Shown piece by piece: positions 24,263 through 37,500 of a DNA stretch of 64,000 nucleotides. Position 1 is the first letter of the stretch, and each line of letters opens with the position of its first letter. Source of the stretch: Selaginella moellendorffii. Lineage: Eukaryota; Plantae; Lycopodiophyta. A program made the position numbers and the translations under genes. The notes beneath the pieces are model-generated. The model had not been told where the DNA came from and ran no database searches. It saw only the letters and a list, made by a program, of their open reading frames with translations. The stretch lies in the NCBI RefSeq assembly GCF_000143415.4, contig NW_003314269.1:807246-871245 (forward strand), in the 5' to 3' direction.

Positions 24263-25768
24263 ATGGCGGTTTCGACGAGCGCAGCGGTGGACACGAGCGC
24301 CTTCAGCAGCGTCCCCACGGGATCCTCCGGCGACAAGGCGGTGGAGGGAGTGCTGGCGTCGCAGCAGGGCACGTCGCAGATCGGCTCGCTCTCGCAGCTC
24401 GCCGCCGGCGGCATCGCGGGAGCGGTGAGCAAGACGTGCACAGCTCCCCTCGCGCGCCTCACCATTCTCTTCCAGGTAAGGCGTCTGGGGATTTGTCCCC
24501 CTTGATCGATCGATTTCGAGCGCGACCACGCTGGATTTGGGATTTTCTGTGCTCGCTCCAGATACGGGGGATGACAACGGACAAGATTTTGACCAAGCCG
24601 AGCATCCTCAGAGAGGCTGCGAGGATATTGCGCGAAGAAGGGGGCTTGGCTTTCTGGAAGGGAAATGGTGTCACGATTGTTCATCGCCTTCCATACTCCG
24701 CGATTAATTTCTACTCGTATGAGCAGTACAAGGCGGTAAGTAACGCATCGTTTACTTTATTGTCTAAAATCCTTTTCCTGTCCCCCTCCAGGCACTGCTC
24801 AAATGGCTTGGAGTAGAAAGCAGTGGAGATGACAACTCCGGAGCTCGATTGCTTGCTCGTTTCGTCGCCGGTGGTGGAGCTGGAATCACTGCTGCTGCGA
24901 CAACGTACCCTTTGGATCTCGTTCGAACGAGACTAGCAGCCCAGGTGAGTAGAGCTTGACCGTAGAGAAAGAGATGATGCGAGGGGTAGTTTTTCCTTTC
25001 TAGGCACTTCCTGAGAAGCTCTTAGCTGAAGTATGGCTTTGACAGAGAGTTTCTTGGGACTTATTTTGCGCCTTGCTCTTCACCTCGCAGGTGAAATGAC
25101 CCCTGTGATTTGCAGACGACCTCAAAGCACTACACGGGCATCTACCACGCGATTTCCACAATCCATCAGCAGGAGAGCTTTCTTGGCCTTTATAAGGGAC
25201 TCTGGCCGACGCTTTTGGTACGTTCTTCGAGAGCTTAATTGGTTTTTCTCCCTGCAAAACGCCAGAGACTTGACTCCTGCCAGTCCGTAGGCCCAACGAT
25301 TGCGATAAACTTCTGCGTGTATGAAACTCTCTACAACTACTGGAACGCTCAGAGGTGGATTTTTTTAGTTTCGAGTCCTTGAACTAGAGGGTGAGCATGT
25401 TTACTTCCAGGCCCGAGTCGTCCAGGATGGTGACGAGCTTGATCTCCGGTGGAGTAGCAGGAATTGCTGCCTCAACAGGTAAGAGTCGTAAGATCGATTA
25501 CGTTTGATCGCCATCGTTCCTGTTTTCAGCGGTGTTTCCGATCGATTTGGTAAAGAGAAGGATGCAACTCGAGGGCGATCGGAGATGGACGCCGGCTTAC
25601 AAGCCTGGGATTGTGAGCGCGCTGAGGCACATTGTTCGCACCCAAGGCTACGCTGGGTTGTACAGGGGTATTTTGCCCGAGTACCTCAAGGTTTTTCCGG
25701 GCGTGGGGATTGCCTTCATGGTGTATGAAGTGATGAAGAACATTAGCGTCGCGAGGGAGAAGAGGTGA
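24263..25768 (+). CDS. Mitochondrial carrier (SLC25) family protein, multi-exon
   Basis: Three carrier signatures (APLARLTILFQ, YPLDLVRTRL, FPIDLVKRRMQ) and canonical short introns. Confidence 0.93.
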
Positions 25769-25839
25769 ATGTAAATGGCCCGATTCATTTCAGCCGTCAG
25801 ATATTCTTGAATCGACGGCCTGCTAGCAAATATTTAGGG

Positions 25840-27776
25840 TTCTTGCGATGGATGCTTGTTTCGCGGCTTGGTGACGGCAGCGATTCGACGCGACGCACCA
25901 GCATTCGCTCCTTCGGCGGCGCCGCTGCGGGCGCCCGAGCTGGTGTCGGCGCTATGGACACGTTATGTCCTGGAACGTTTTGATGCTGGGCTAGATGTGT
26001 CTCTGGATCTCTTCGAGAGGATGGAAGCCAGGCGGTCGGGCTAGCTTCATGGCCGAGTCGAAGGCTTGTAGCAGCCTCGCGGCGAAGGAAGATGCTGTTT
26101 TGGTCGATGGGAAGCTTGTCAAGGAGGCTACTCTCGAGACCCGCAGAGGGATCCAAGCAAATGTCTTGCAGATTTCCTCTCGAGCTCGCTGATCAATATG
26201 TACTCCAAGTGTGGCAGCATGCTCGATGCTCAATCGGTCTTCGATGAGATGCCACGGCGAGAGTCTCCTGGAACGCTTTGACACTGGGCTACGTAGAGAA
26301 TGGAGAAAGCGAGATCGCTCTCGAGTTCTTTGGGAAGATGGACTGTTCGCCAAACTCTCGGACTTTCGTTGCTGCTGCCAAGGCCTGTGCGAATCTAGCA
26401 GTGAAAACTCTTTCAAGAAGATGGAAAGATGGTGAAGACGAGGAGCCTCGAGAAGGGAATCGCTGTTTACGAGCTGGCTCTCTTGTTCTTCGAAGATATG
26501 AAGCTATCCGGGTGCTGTCCGAACTCTCGAACGTATGTTGCTGCGCTTGCCGCCTGTGCGAGCTCGGCAATGCGAGAAGAAGCGGTGGATGTCGACGGGA
26601 AAGTCGTCAAGAGAAAGAGCTTGGAAACTCGGGTGGCTATCCACGGTGAAGCTTAAAACATCAGGAGCTGTGAGGACGTGTTCGTTGGGAACACACTGAT
26701 TGATAATGTATGCAAAGTGTGGGAAGCTAGAGGAATCGCGCAGGGTCTTCGATGGCATGGCTGGCCGCGACGTGGTTTCGTGGAACGCAATGATCCAGGG
26801 ATCTGCTGGAAATGGAGACAGCTTGGAGCTGGCTCGGGAGAACGATCCGGACGAGAGAACGTTTGTTGCTGCGCTCATGGCCTGCGTCCACCTTTCAGCA
26901 TCCGAGCAACCTGTCCCGCGAGAAGATTGAAACCTAGTGTGAATCCAGAGCCTAGTAAAGGGGATGGAGATTCATTCTCTCACCGCGAAGTTTGGGTGCT
27001 GCGCACAGATTTGTCGGGAGCAGCTTGGTGGACATGTATGCCAAGTGTGGAGATATGGTGGAAGCTCGAGCAGTTTTCAAAGGCATGCGTAGCCGGGACG
27101 TTGTCGTTTGGACGAGCTTGATGTGAGAGTGAGCTCGGGCTGGAACTCTTGGAGAGCATGGAGTGTGCTCCAAACACTCGGACTCTTGTAGCGGGACTTA
27201 CGGCCTGTGGGAACGTTGGGTCCAGGAAAATCCAGGCTGAGCTTTACAGGCGTGGGCTGGAAGACGACCAAGTTGTGGGGACGTGCATGGTAAACTTCTA
27301 CGGTTAGTGCGGAGGCGGCCGAGCACTTGTTTGGATCTCTGGCAGTCCGAGATATCGTCGCCTGGAATGCACTGATCACAGGAATCGGCCAACAGGGTGA
27401 CACGTCGCTCGTGTTCGAAGCCTTTCGCGAGATGCCAGAAGATGGCGTGGGAGCAAACGCGATCACGTTTGTCTACGGCGGCCTGGTTGAACGAGGCAGG
27501 GAGTTATCCAGGCAATGGATTGTTTGCGGGATTCATCACTACAGCAGCTTGGTGGATCTCTTCCGGCATGCAAACCGACTGCAAGAGGCCGTTGAGCATG
27601 CCTTTGAGAGCGGACGCTGTGGTTTGGAGGAGCGTCCTCGGGGCCTGCCGTAAGTGGAAGAACGTGGAGGTGGGGAGGATTGCGTTCGAGGCACTGACGA
27701 AATATCCGCTTTCAAGCCTCTGGCTGCGTACGTTCTGATGGCGAGCATCTACCGGAGCGATCAGGAAGACGCTTGA
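25840..27776 (+). pseudogene. Fragmented PLS/E-type PPR pseudogene
   Basis: [23 protein letters not shown] and VWRSVLGAC motifs in shifting frames with stops. Confidence 0.85.
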
Positions 27777-27796
27777 TCTTCATCAAGCGGTCACAC

Positions 27797-28772
27797 GCTC
27801 GATGGTGATGGATTACGAACTGGAAGCAAGAAAGGACGGCAGCAACGTATTGCCAATGGTGGACGAGCTAGAGATTCGATTGCCAGCATCCACAGATTGT
27901 GGGTTGCCGCAAAGTACACTGTGGCAACTTTACCACATGAGCAGCACCATCCCCTACCCTTCCCAACAACCATAAACTTCTCCTCCAAACAGCAGAGTGG
28001 AAGCATCCAGCGGCCATTGGTGCTGTCTACAATCTCCAGGTGCTGGATTTGACACTGAGTGGACGACTTGGGCCCGAAAGTAAACACTCTCACGCTCTAG
28101 TTCAAGGAGAGCAAAACCCACGTTGAGGGTTCCAGTGTCTCGTACACGCAGAGGTTTATCGCAATCGTTAGGCCTACGGACTGGCAGAAGTCAAGTCTAT
28201 GGCGTTTTGCACTCGAAGAACGTACCAAAAGCCTCCTTGTATAGGCCAAAGCTCTCCTGTTGATGGATTGTGGAAGGCGCGTGATAGATGCCGTGTATTG
28301 CTTTGAGGTTGTCTGCAAATCACAGACCTGCCAGGTGAAGAACAAGGCGCAAAATAACTCCCAATAAACTCTCTGTCATACTTCAGCTAAAAGCTTTTCA
28401 GGAATTGCCTGGAAAATCCCTTGCATCATCTTTTGCACTACTAGACAAAGATCCATGGCTACTAGCATTTGAGCCCTCTTTATATACTAATATATATAAA
28501 GTTCAAATCAAGTTTGGATGGTCAAACAAGTAAATATAAATAGCTACAAGACAAATGAAACTATAAAAATAAGATAAATAGGCTATAATTTAGTTAGGAG
28601 CCTAGAAACTAGCTTACATGTGTGCAATGAAGAATTGACAGGCTAAAATCAAACAACATGTGCTAGTACAGTTTGACAAGTCAAAAAACATAAGATAATA
28701 TAAAAAGTTTATGAATACAGGCTGACTAGTCTCTACTACGATGAATATTCTGAATATTCAACGATGTGGTTG
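27797..28772. pseudogene. Second chimeric cassette: PPR fragment, RLP-tail piece, LRR fragment (+), carrier fragment (-), AT-rich tail
   Basis: Direct repeat of 10297-11175. The 5' part resembles 22030-22140 and 28890-29010. Confidence 0.85.
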
Positions 28773-28948
28773 CCCCATATTCCAATAAAGAAAGTTTTTT
28801 GACTTTGGCCATTTAAATGAGTTGAGCTTCAATACTGTTATGTGGTAATGAAGTTTAGCCATAAAATGTAGGATTGATTTTCATTAAGCGGTCATGGTGA
28901 TGGATTATCATGGAAGCTAGAAAGGATGGCAGCGGCACGGTAGATGAG

Positions 28949-31201
28949 CTAGAGATTTGATTGCCAGCATCCACAGAGCTGGGAATGAGCTCTGTGGATT
29001 GTCGCAAAGTAGGTCCAGAAGAACGCGATGAAGAAGGCTGCCACGAAGATGGCGACAGTGACAAGTGTTGTCACGTCCCTATGGTCCTGTTCGCTACCAC
29101 CTTGTCCGTCTCTTTTAGGTCTATGCGGCGGCGTAACAGTGCTCGAACAGGTGATGGTCAGTGGCAAGCCACAGAGCTGGTTCCCTGCGAAGAGAGCCGC
29201 GTCCATGGACGAGAGTTGCGTGCTGTCAGGTGTCCGTCCCACCAGGCTATTGTTGGAGACGTCGAAGACAGTGAGAAACGAGAGGTCTGTCACGGACGAT
29301 GGTATGGAGCCATTGAGACGATTGCTCGCAAGCAGCACCCAAGAGAGATTCCTTGCCTTCCCCAGGGACTCGGGAATGGGACCTGTTAGCTGGTTGTGGC
29401 TCAGGTTCAGCAGTTGGAGATTGTAGAGGTTGCCAATGGCCGCCGGAATGCTTCCAGTCAGCTGGTTGGAGGAGAGGTCGATGGTTGTCGGGAAGGCGAA
29501 GCTGTCGTAGACGTGTCCTTGGCTGGTATAAATATCCAGCGGAACCCGTTTGCTCTCTTGGTAAAGCTGGACGTTGGCAAACAGTCGGCCAATGCTTACC
29601 GGAATCTCTCCCGAGAACCTGTTAAGCGAGAAGTACATGGCTCGTAAGTTCGTAAGCCTGGGAAGCCAGTCCGGGATGGAGCCGCTGAAGCTGTTGTTCG
29701 AGAGAAGGAGGAACTGCAGAGACGACATGTTTTGCAACATGGCCGGGACTTCTCCAGACAAGTTGTTCGATTCAACGTTGAGGGCTATCAGCGAGCTCAT
29801 CTTGCCATAGGAGGCCGGGATGGAGCCAACAAGATCGTTGTGGGAAAGCGTCAGAAAGAGCAGGCGGCTCAAATTTTCGAAGCTGGCAGGGAGATTTCCA
29901 GAGAACATGTTGTCGTCCAGCATGAGCAAGACGAGCTCCGTGCAGTTGGAGAGTCTGGAAGGGAGCTCCCCGCTGATGTAGTTGCCGTTTAGAACTAGCC
30001 ACTGGAGATGCGAGAGCTTCGAGAGCTCGCCTGGGATGGTTCCAGTCAAGTCATTGCCATCGAGCCCTATCTTTCTGATGTTCGAGAAGTTCCCAAGCTC
30101 CGGAGGTATGGCGCCACTAAAACGATTCCCCCCGAGAACCAGCATCTGGAGATGCGAGAGCTTCGAGAGCTCGCCTGGGATGGTTCCAGTCAAGTCATTG
30201 CCGTCGAGCCATATCTCTCTGATGTTCGAGCAGTTCCCAAGCTCCGAAGGTACGGCGCCACTCAAACGATTCCCCGTGAGAAGTAGGATCTCCAAGTTCC
30301 TCAAGCTTCCCAGCGTATCCGGGATCGTTCCGTTAAACCCGTTTTGCCAGAGGGATAAAATCTCGATGCTTGCAAGGTCGCCATCTTCCAGCTCCAGTGG
30401 CCCGGAGAGAAGGTTGTTTGCAGCGCGTAAATCTGAGAGCTTGCGTAGCCTTCGCAAGCTCGGTGGCAAACCACCCTGGAGCGAATTGTTGGAGATACGC
30501 AAGTACCTGAGCTCCAAGTTCTTGCTCCAAATATCGGGTAGATCTCCTCTAAACCTGTTATACGATATGTCCAGGCGCGTCAAGTTCGTCATCTCCCCGA
30601 AAGCTTCTGGAATGGAGCCGCTGAGTCCGTTGTGCGAGAGTTCCAGTGCCTCCAGTCCCAGGTTACCACCAATGGAAAAGCTCCCAGTTAAGTTGTTGAT
30701 GGACAGGTTGAGCGATCGCAGCGTCAAGCTAAACTTTGGGAGCCCGGCCATTGTTAAGAAGTTCGCACTGAGGTCCAGGCTTTCCAAACTCTCGAGGCTG
30801 GAGAGATTGCCCGGGAACTCTCGCAGAGAATTGGAGCTCAAGTTGAGGAGCTTGAGCTGCGTGTTCTTGCAACCAGGGACTTTCAGCGAGGAGAGGCCGT
30901 TTTGCGAGAGGTCCAGGCGAGCCAGAGCTGGAAGCTCGTCCCAGATGGCAGGAAGAACTCCTGAGAGATTAAACCTGGACAGAGCGAGGCCCTCCACTAC
31001 GTTGTCCGAGCTCCACTCCACACCCCGCCATGCTCTTGGATTGGCGGTCTCGTTCCACACTTTGATACCAAGCCTGTCACGGAGAGAGAGAAGAACCTGT
31101 GTGTCGTTCACGATTGTGGATGGATTCGTGGGGCACTGTGACCGGGATCTTGTGAGAAAGACGAATAGAAACAAAGGCAGCAGCAAATCCGAGAGAGACA
31201 T
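28949..31201 (-). CDS. LRR receptor-like protein (kinase-less paralog of 44043-47216)
   Basis: 750-aa ORF with signal peptide, LRRs, island, LCG...C cap, TM and short tail. Confidence 0.9.
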   Translation of the reverse strand: MSLSDLLLPLFLFVFLTRSRSQCPTNPSTIVNDTQVLLSLRDRLGIKVWNETANPRAWRGVEWSSDNVVEGLALSRFNLSGVLPAIWDELPALARLDLSQNGLSSLKVPGCKNTQLKLLNLSSNSLREFPGNLSSLESLESLDLSANFLTMAGLPKFSLTLRSLNLSINNLTGSFSIGGNLGLEALELSHNGLSGSIPEAFGEMTNLTRLDISYNRFRGDLPDIWSKNLELRYLRISNNSLQGGLPPSLRRLRKLSDLRAANNLLSGPLELEDGDLASIEILSLWQNGFNGTIPDTLGSLRNLEILLLTGNRLSGAVPSELGNCSNIREIWLDGNDLTGTIPGELSKLSHLQMLVLGGNRFSGAIPPELGNFSNIRKIGLDGNDLTGTIPGELSKLSHLQWLVLNGNYISGELPSRLSNCTELVLLMLDDNMFSGNLPASFENLSRLLFLTLSHNDLVGSIPASYGKMSSLIALNVESNNLSGEVPAMLQNMSSLQFLLLSNNSFSGSIPDWLPRLTNLRAMYFSLNRFSGEIPVSIGRLFANVQLYQESKRVPLDIYTSQGHVYDSFAFPTTIDLSSNQLTGSIPAAIGNLYNLQLLNLSHNQLTGPIPESLGKARNLSWVLLASNRLNGSIPSSVTDLSFLTVFDVSNNSLVGRTPDSTQLSSMDAALFAGNQLCGLPLTITCSSTVTPPHRPKRDGQGGSEQDHRDVTTLVTVAIFVAAFFIAFFWTYFATIHRAHSQLCGCWQSNL

Positions 31202-34200
31202 GGCCGATGCTCTTTAATCAAACCAATGGATCAGAACTGTTGTGGTGTGAAAAGGGATGGACATAACACTCATGAGCTCGTTCATTGTGTTCCGACTCTT
31301 TTTACAACATGACTCATGACCACGTGGACATGCCACGTCAGCTGTTCGAGACTGACATCTCGACACTCCCACTCTGGCTCGATCAGCTGAGAGGATGGAC
31401 TACCCCTCCCACTCAGCCGAAACAGATGGAGAGCAGACTCCCAGTGCGGCGCGATGGCGTTCAAAGGAGTCTCGAGCCAAAGCCTTCGTGAGTATATCAG
31501 CCACCATTGCCTCGGTGGGGCAATATTCCAGCAACAACTTTCCATTTTGGACTTGTTCCCTCACGTAGTGGAAATGAATCTCGATGTGTTTCGTCCGAGA
31601 ATGGAAGCGTGGATTGGCGGCCAGTGCAAGAGCACTTTGGTTGTCCGAGAACAGCACCATAGGGCCGGTGCAAGCAGGAATCTGGGGCAGGTCACGGCAG
31701 AACTGGGTCAACCAAATCACTTCTTTGCTGGCAGCGGTTAGGGCAATGTACTCTGCCTCTGTCGAGGACAGAGCCACCAGCGGCTGGCGCTTACTGCTCC
31801 AGGACACAGCAGCCCCATGGAGCAAGAACGTATACCCGGAGGTAGAGAGCCTTGAGTCCTGGTCGCCCGCCCAGTCCGCATCCGAGTACCCATGAAAGTT
31901 CCTGTGACACAAGTGAAGCTGCAAATGCAAGGTACCTTGAACGTAGCGGAAAATCCGCTTCACAGCTTGCCAATGTGCAGGTCGGGGGTTCTCGAGGAAC
32001 TGGGAGACCATCCCAACAGCATAGGCGAGATCTGGTCGGGTTCCCAGCATCAAATAAACAAGACTTCCCACAGCTTGACGATATGGCACCGTGGCCATGT
32101 ACTCTCTTCCTCCGTGACAGGGGCCATGTCACGGCTAAGTTTGTGATTGACCTCAAGAGGTGTGGCCACAGAAGAGCAGTCTAGCATATTGAAGCGTTCC
32201 AAGATCTCCCTTGCATAATGAGCTTGTGTCAAACTCAAGGTGCGTGCTCCTAGATTGCGTATAATTTGGATGCCAAGGAAATGGCGAAGCTCACCCAGGT
32301 CAGACATCTCAAATTCTTCACTCAGCTTCTTTTTCATCTCGTCCAGCAATTGGCGGGATTTTGCACCAAGAATGCAGTCGTCAACGTACACAGAAAATCG
32401 TCACCACACTTGTACAGGTACACGTTTCCTTCCACTGCAAGAGGAACACACCCCAGGCTCTTGAAGAACGCATCAATGCGTTCAAACCAAACCCTTCCCA
32501 TACAGGGCGCGATTCAGCTTGCAAACAAGATGTTCCTCACCAGGTTTGACGAATCCAGGTGGTTGCTTGACGTAGACCTCCTTGTTCAACTTGCCGTGCA
32601 GGAAAGCAGTGCGAACGTCCAACTGGTGCAGTTCCAGGTCGTACTTGGCAGCCAGTGCAAGGATGACTCGCATAGAGGTCAACTTCACAACTGGTGAGTA
32701 CGTCTCCATGTATTCCAAACCTGGAATCTGGCTGAATCCCCGTGCGACAAATCTGGCCTTGAACTTTGCTACAGTTCCATCAGGTTTGTACTTGACTGTG
32801 AAAATCCATTTCGAGCTCACAAGTTGTCTTTGTCATTGTATTGTTTTGCTCATGCGAATGCATTTCAGCATTCATGGCTTCTCGCCACTGGGCAGCATGA
32901 GGTCCAGCTAATGCCTTGTCAACATTCGCTGGAATGGGGATTCGCCCTGGATTAGCAGCCACGAAGTTAGCCTGGTGCGTTCCTTTCTTTTTAATTTTTC
33001 CAAAACTAAAGAAAGGATGAGATTGCTCAGCTTCCAGTTGCAGCCTCGATGGTACGGGGACTCGAGCAGAGCGCCGAGGTTCAGGATGTGCTGGAGGGTG
33101 GATCACAGATGGTGGAACAAGTGGAGAGTCTGGGAGAGCTCCCACTGAAGTTGGCGACCTGCTTCCAGCTCCCACTGAAGGTGATGATCCACGTCCAGCT
33201 CCCACTGAAGATGAGCCGAGGAAGAACTCAGGAGCAGCTTGAAATTCCTCGTCGCTCTCGAAGTAAGTGTTCATCAGCTCTTCAGAGAAGCTAGGTGTTC
33301 TCACTGGAGGAGATTCTTGCAGAGGCATAGCTGGAGGGCGTGGTGGCAGTGCTGGAGGAATCACCACATTACCACCAGCAGGAGCAAGAGGCAGCAACGG
33401 GACTTGAGAAGGAGCTGTAGTCACGTGAACTGTGGGAGTTCCATGAAAGTAGGAGCAGGAACTTCAGCACGATCCTTGTACAGCTTGCTCTCATCAAAGA
33501 GCACATCCCATCTTTCCAGCAAAGTCTTGCGCTTGAGAGAATAAAGGCGATATCCTTTCATGCCTTCCAAATATCCCAGGAAAATGGATGGCTCAGCCTT
33601 TGACTCCAGTTTGCGGTGTTGCTTGTGTGGAATGTGTGCATAGGCGAAACAGCCAAAAATGCGGAGATGATCGTAACCAGGTGCGTGACCAGTCTAAAGC
33701 TCATAAGGTGTGCAGGGCACGTGTTGGCAACCGGTTTCGAACATAAACAGCCGTGTTAACTGCCTCACCCCAGAAAGCAGCCGGCATTCCCGCATGAAGC
33801 AGCATACAGCGCGCAGCTTCTATGATGGTGCGATTCACCCTCTCGGCAGCACCATTCTGGGCATGTGCATCAGGGACAGCATACTGGCGCTGATCCCAGC
33901 TTCAGCACAAAACGTCTCGAATTCTCCAGAGACGAATTCTCTTCCACGATCACAGTGGAGCATACGAACTAAACAGCTGTGTAGATTTTCTACCAAAGCC
34001 TTGTATTGGCTAAAACAGTTCTGACTTATGAGCCAGCAGGTACACGATCAGGTACCGCGTGTAATCATCCAGGAAGGTGACTACATAACGTTTGCCTCCC
34101 AAAGATTCAACCATAATCGAACAAACGTCCGAGTGTACCAACTCAAGAACAGAACTTGCTTGAGAATGAGAAATCTGTGGAAAAGGAAAAACGTGGTGTT

Positions 34201-34520
34201 TTCCACCAACACAAGCTTCGCAGAAGGGCAGCGCGCTCCCAGGCGCCACAGGAACATCCACCTTTTTTAGCTGTTGCTCGTTCACGTGACCAAGGCGCTG
34301 GTGCCAGGTTGCAAGTGTTGGTGGAGCCCGAGCCATCAGCGCCACAGGTGGAAGGATCACGTGAGCATCCAGGCGGTAGAGCGTATCAACTGGAACTCCA
34401 AAAGTGACCTTGTCTCCAGTCTCGGCATCCAGCACGAACGCTCCCTGTGCTGTGAACAGAGTATCGAAGCCTACTTGAGCAGCAGTTCCAATCGACAGCA
34501 GTGTGTGTGTAAGTCCCGGA

Positions 34521-37500
34521 TGTTGAGAGTGGCCCTGTGCCACGTGGCTAGTCCACGTGGAGAGACACGAGTCTTCACCGGTTCACCATGTCACACATAC
34601 GTACATTTTCCATTCCATATATGCTATGACGGATCTTGAGCACCATCACACGGTTTCACCTTTCGTTAGATGGTATCAGAGCAATGCCTGGGAGAGCGAG
34701 AAGAATTCGAAACCGTAGGATCAGGGCGACACTTGCTAGGGTGAATCGGAGCCTCCGTCTACGTAGACAGAGGCGTGCCCTAATCCAAACGCTCCAGGCC
34801 TTGCAAGAGGCACTGGACGACTAAGAACCTGGACCTAGACTTGAGCGAGTGGTGGGATTGGGTGTCGGCACCCATGGCAGCCACTGTTCCTACAAATCCG
34901 CCTCCAAATCCACCACCTATTTCCCCTCCCGTCACAAATCCGACTGTGCCTACAGCGGATATCGTTTCAGTGGACGCAAATCCACCAAAATTTGATGGGA
35001 GGAACTGGCGCTTCTGGAAGACAAAATTCGAATCCTATATGGATGAACGAGGCCTCTGGGACATCACCACAGGAACTGAGACACTTCCAGATACAGCTAC
35101 AGTGGATGAAACTGCGAAGTATCGCAAGAAGGACCGGAGAGCTTTGGGCAAATTCCATGCAGCGCTGGAGGGGCGAGAATTCCATTGCATTGGACGGTGC
35201 AAGAGTGCAAAGGAAGCATGGGAGGCCATGAAGCAGACTTACCAGATCCCTTCAACATCCCATCGCATTTTTTTACGGAAGCAGCTTCATGCACTGGTGA
35301 TGGCTGAAGGGGACAACCTCAAGGATCATCTTGCTGCTGTGAGAACCATCTTAGATGATCTTAAGGATGTGGGAGCAAACATAGAGGATGAAGAAGAAGC
35401 AGAGCTGGTGCTCGTCACACTTCCTCCATCCTTTGATCCTCTCATATGTAGCCTCACTACCACTGGAACTCCTCTAACCCTGAATGGCGTGATCAGTAGC
35501 CTCCAGGACGATGATCTGAGACGAAGAGCAACAACAGGATCAGAGGCCGTTGCATTCTACTCTTCTCTCAGGAAAGAACCAGTGAACAAAGGGAAACAAG
35601 GAGCCTCTTCATCCAAGAAGCCCAAGTGTTCTCATTGCAACAAGAAAGGCCATGACGAAGCTCAATGCTGGGTGAAAAATCCATCTCTCAAGCCTGTAAG
35701 GAACAATGCAAAGAAAAAGGTGGTACACGCCTTCATCTTGTCACGAGCTATGGCAGTGGCAGTGGCACTACCTGGATTCTGCTGCTACAGACCATATGTC
35801 CTACAGCCACAGAGGAGTATGTCATCGTTGGCAATACCCAGCAGCTTGCTGTGAAAGGAATTGGAACCATCAAGTTCACTTTACCACAAGGAATAGTCGT
35901 AAAGATCCACGAGGTTCTTTATATTCCTGGTTTATGTGCTAATTTGTTCTCTGTGGGACAATTTGCTGAGGATGGGTATCAGTTCGCCATTACACCTCGC
36001 CAATTCCAGCTGATCTCGACCACAGGAGCCATCCTCACAGCGTCCCGGCCTGGACGGCGTGACCTCTACCGCCTTACCATGCTGCCAGATCTTGCTGGAC
36101 GGAGTCTGGGCCTACACGCACAAAAGACAACGACCAGTCATTCACTGGAGCTTTGGCACGCACGCCTGGGGCATCCTAGTGCTGATAGAATCAAGCAGCT
36201 AGCACGCGAGCAGATGGTTGAAGGTCTAGACCTGGACCCAAGAGCCGTTCTTCCATTTTGCCAGGGCTGTCAGCTCGGAAAATCTACTCGCCAACCTTTC
36301 CCCAAGACTGGAACATCTCGAGCTACAGAGCTCATGGAACTTGTACACACTGATGTGTGTGGCCCGATGGCCACCACAGCAGTGGGAGGTATCCAATACT
36401 TTATCAGTTTCATTGATGACTACAGTCGTCGCACTATGATCTACCCTATGGCTCGCAAATCCCAATCGTTACACTACTTCTAGACTTTCAAGGATATGGG
36501 AGAAACACAAACTGGGAAAATGCTCAAGCGATTGAGAAGTGATGGTGGAGGCGAATTCACTTCCAATGCTTTCAACCAGCTGTGTGAGCAAGGAGGGATT
36601 GTGCGAGAACTTACAACGCGAGAGACTCCACAACAGAATGGCGTAGCTGAGCGCAAGAATCGCACACTAGTGGAGAGTGCTCGGGCAATGCTACTTTCCA
36701 GTGGTTTGCCTCGCAGCTTCTGGTTTCACGCTGTCTTGACGGCGAACTATCTCCAGAACCGGCTCCCCACCTCTGCCCTTGCTGACATCACTCCTGAAGA
36801 AGCATGGAGTGGCAAGAAACCTACAGTTACGCATCTGAGAATATTCGGGTGTGAAGCGTGGGCACACATCCCTGATGGAATGCGCAAGAAATTGGATCCC
36901 AAGAGCCAGAAGGCTGTGTTTGTGGGCTACAGCCTCGATCACAAGCCTATCGTCTCTGGAATCCAATCACGAAGCAGGAGATCCTGAGCAGAGATGTGGT
37001 TTTCAACGAGAATTCGTTTCTTCCTTCTAGTCAAGGTTCTACTTCCAAAGCTACCTTGACCGAAGAAAATGACGTTGAAGCGGAACAAGATCAGTTGACT
37101 GTCGGCACGATCACTGTGCCGCTTCAAACAGTCCCTACGCAACAATCTATGCCCGCTTCTACTCCAACACCACCAACCCCGCCGCCTCCTTCAGATCCTC
37201 TACGCAGATCGATCCGCACAAGGCGGCCTACTGAGCGTCTCATCGAGACAATGGTCTCATCTCGTGCAGCTGGACTCCTACTGTTCCGAGGACCTATGGA
37301 GAAGCCATGGCCTCACAGGAAGCGTCTTACTGGCATGTAGCAATGGAAGCCGAGATTGCTTCACAGCAAAAGAACGAGACACATGTTCTTGTTCCAACTG
37401 TGCCTTCCAATTGCCAGATTATCAAGAGCATGTGGGTGTATGCTCTGAAGCTTAATCCTGATGGCTCGGTTCGCTACAAGGCACGATTGGTGGCGAAAGG

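Noticed and set aside
29982-31217. Long + strand ORFs (also 45733-47238, 44313-45323, and the minus-strand ORF 21104-21874)
   Set aside because: Antisense shadows of GC-rich, repetitive LRR, kinase and PPR coding sequence.
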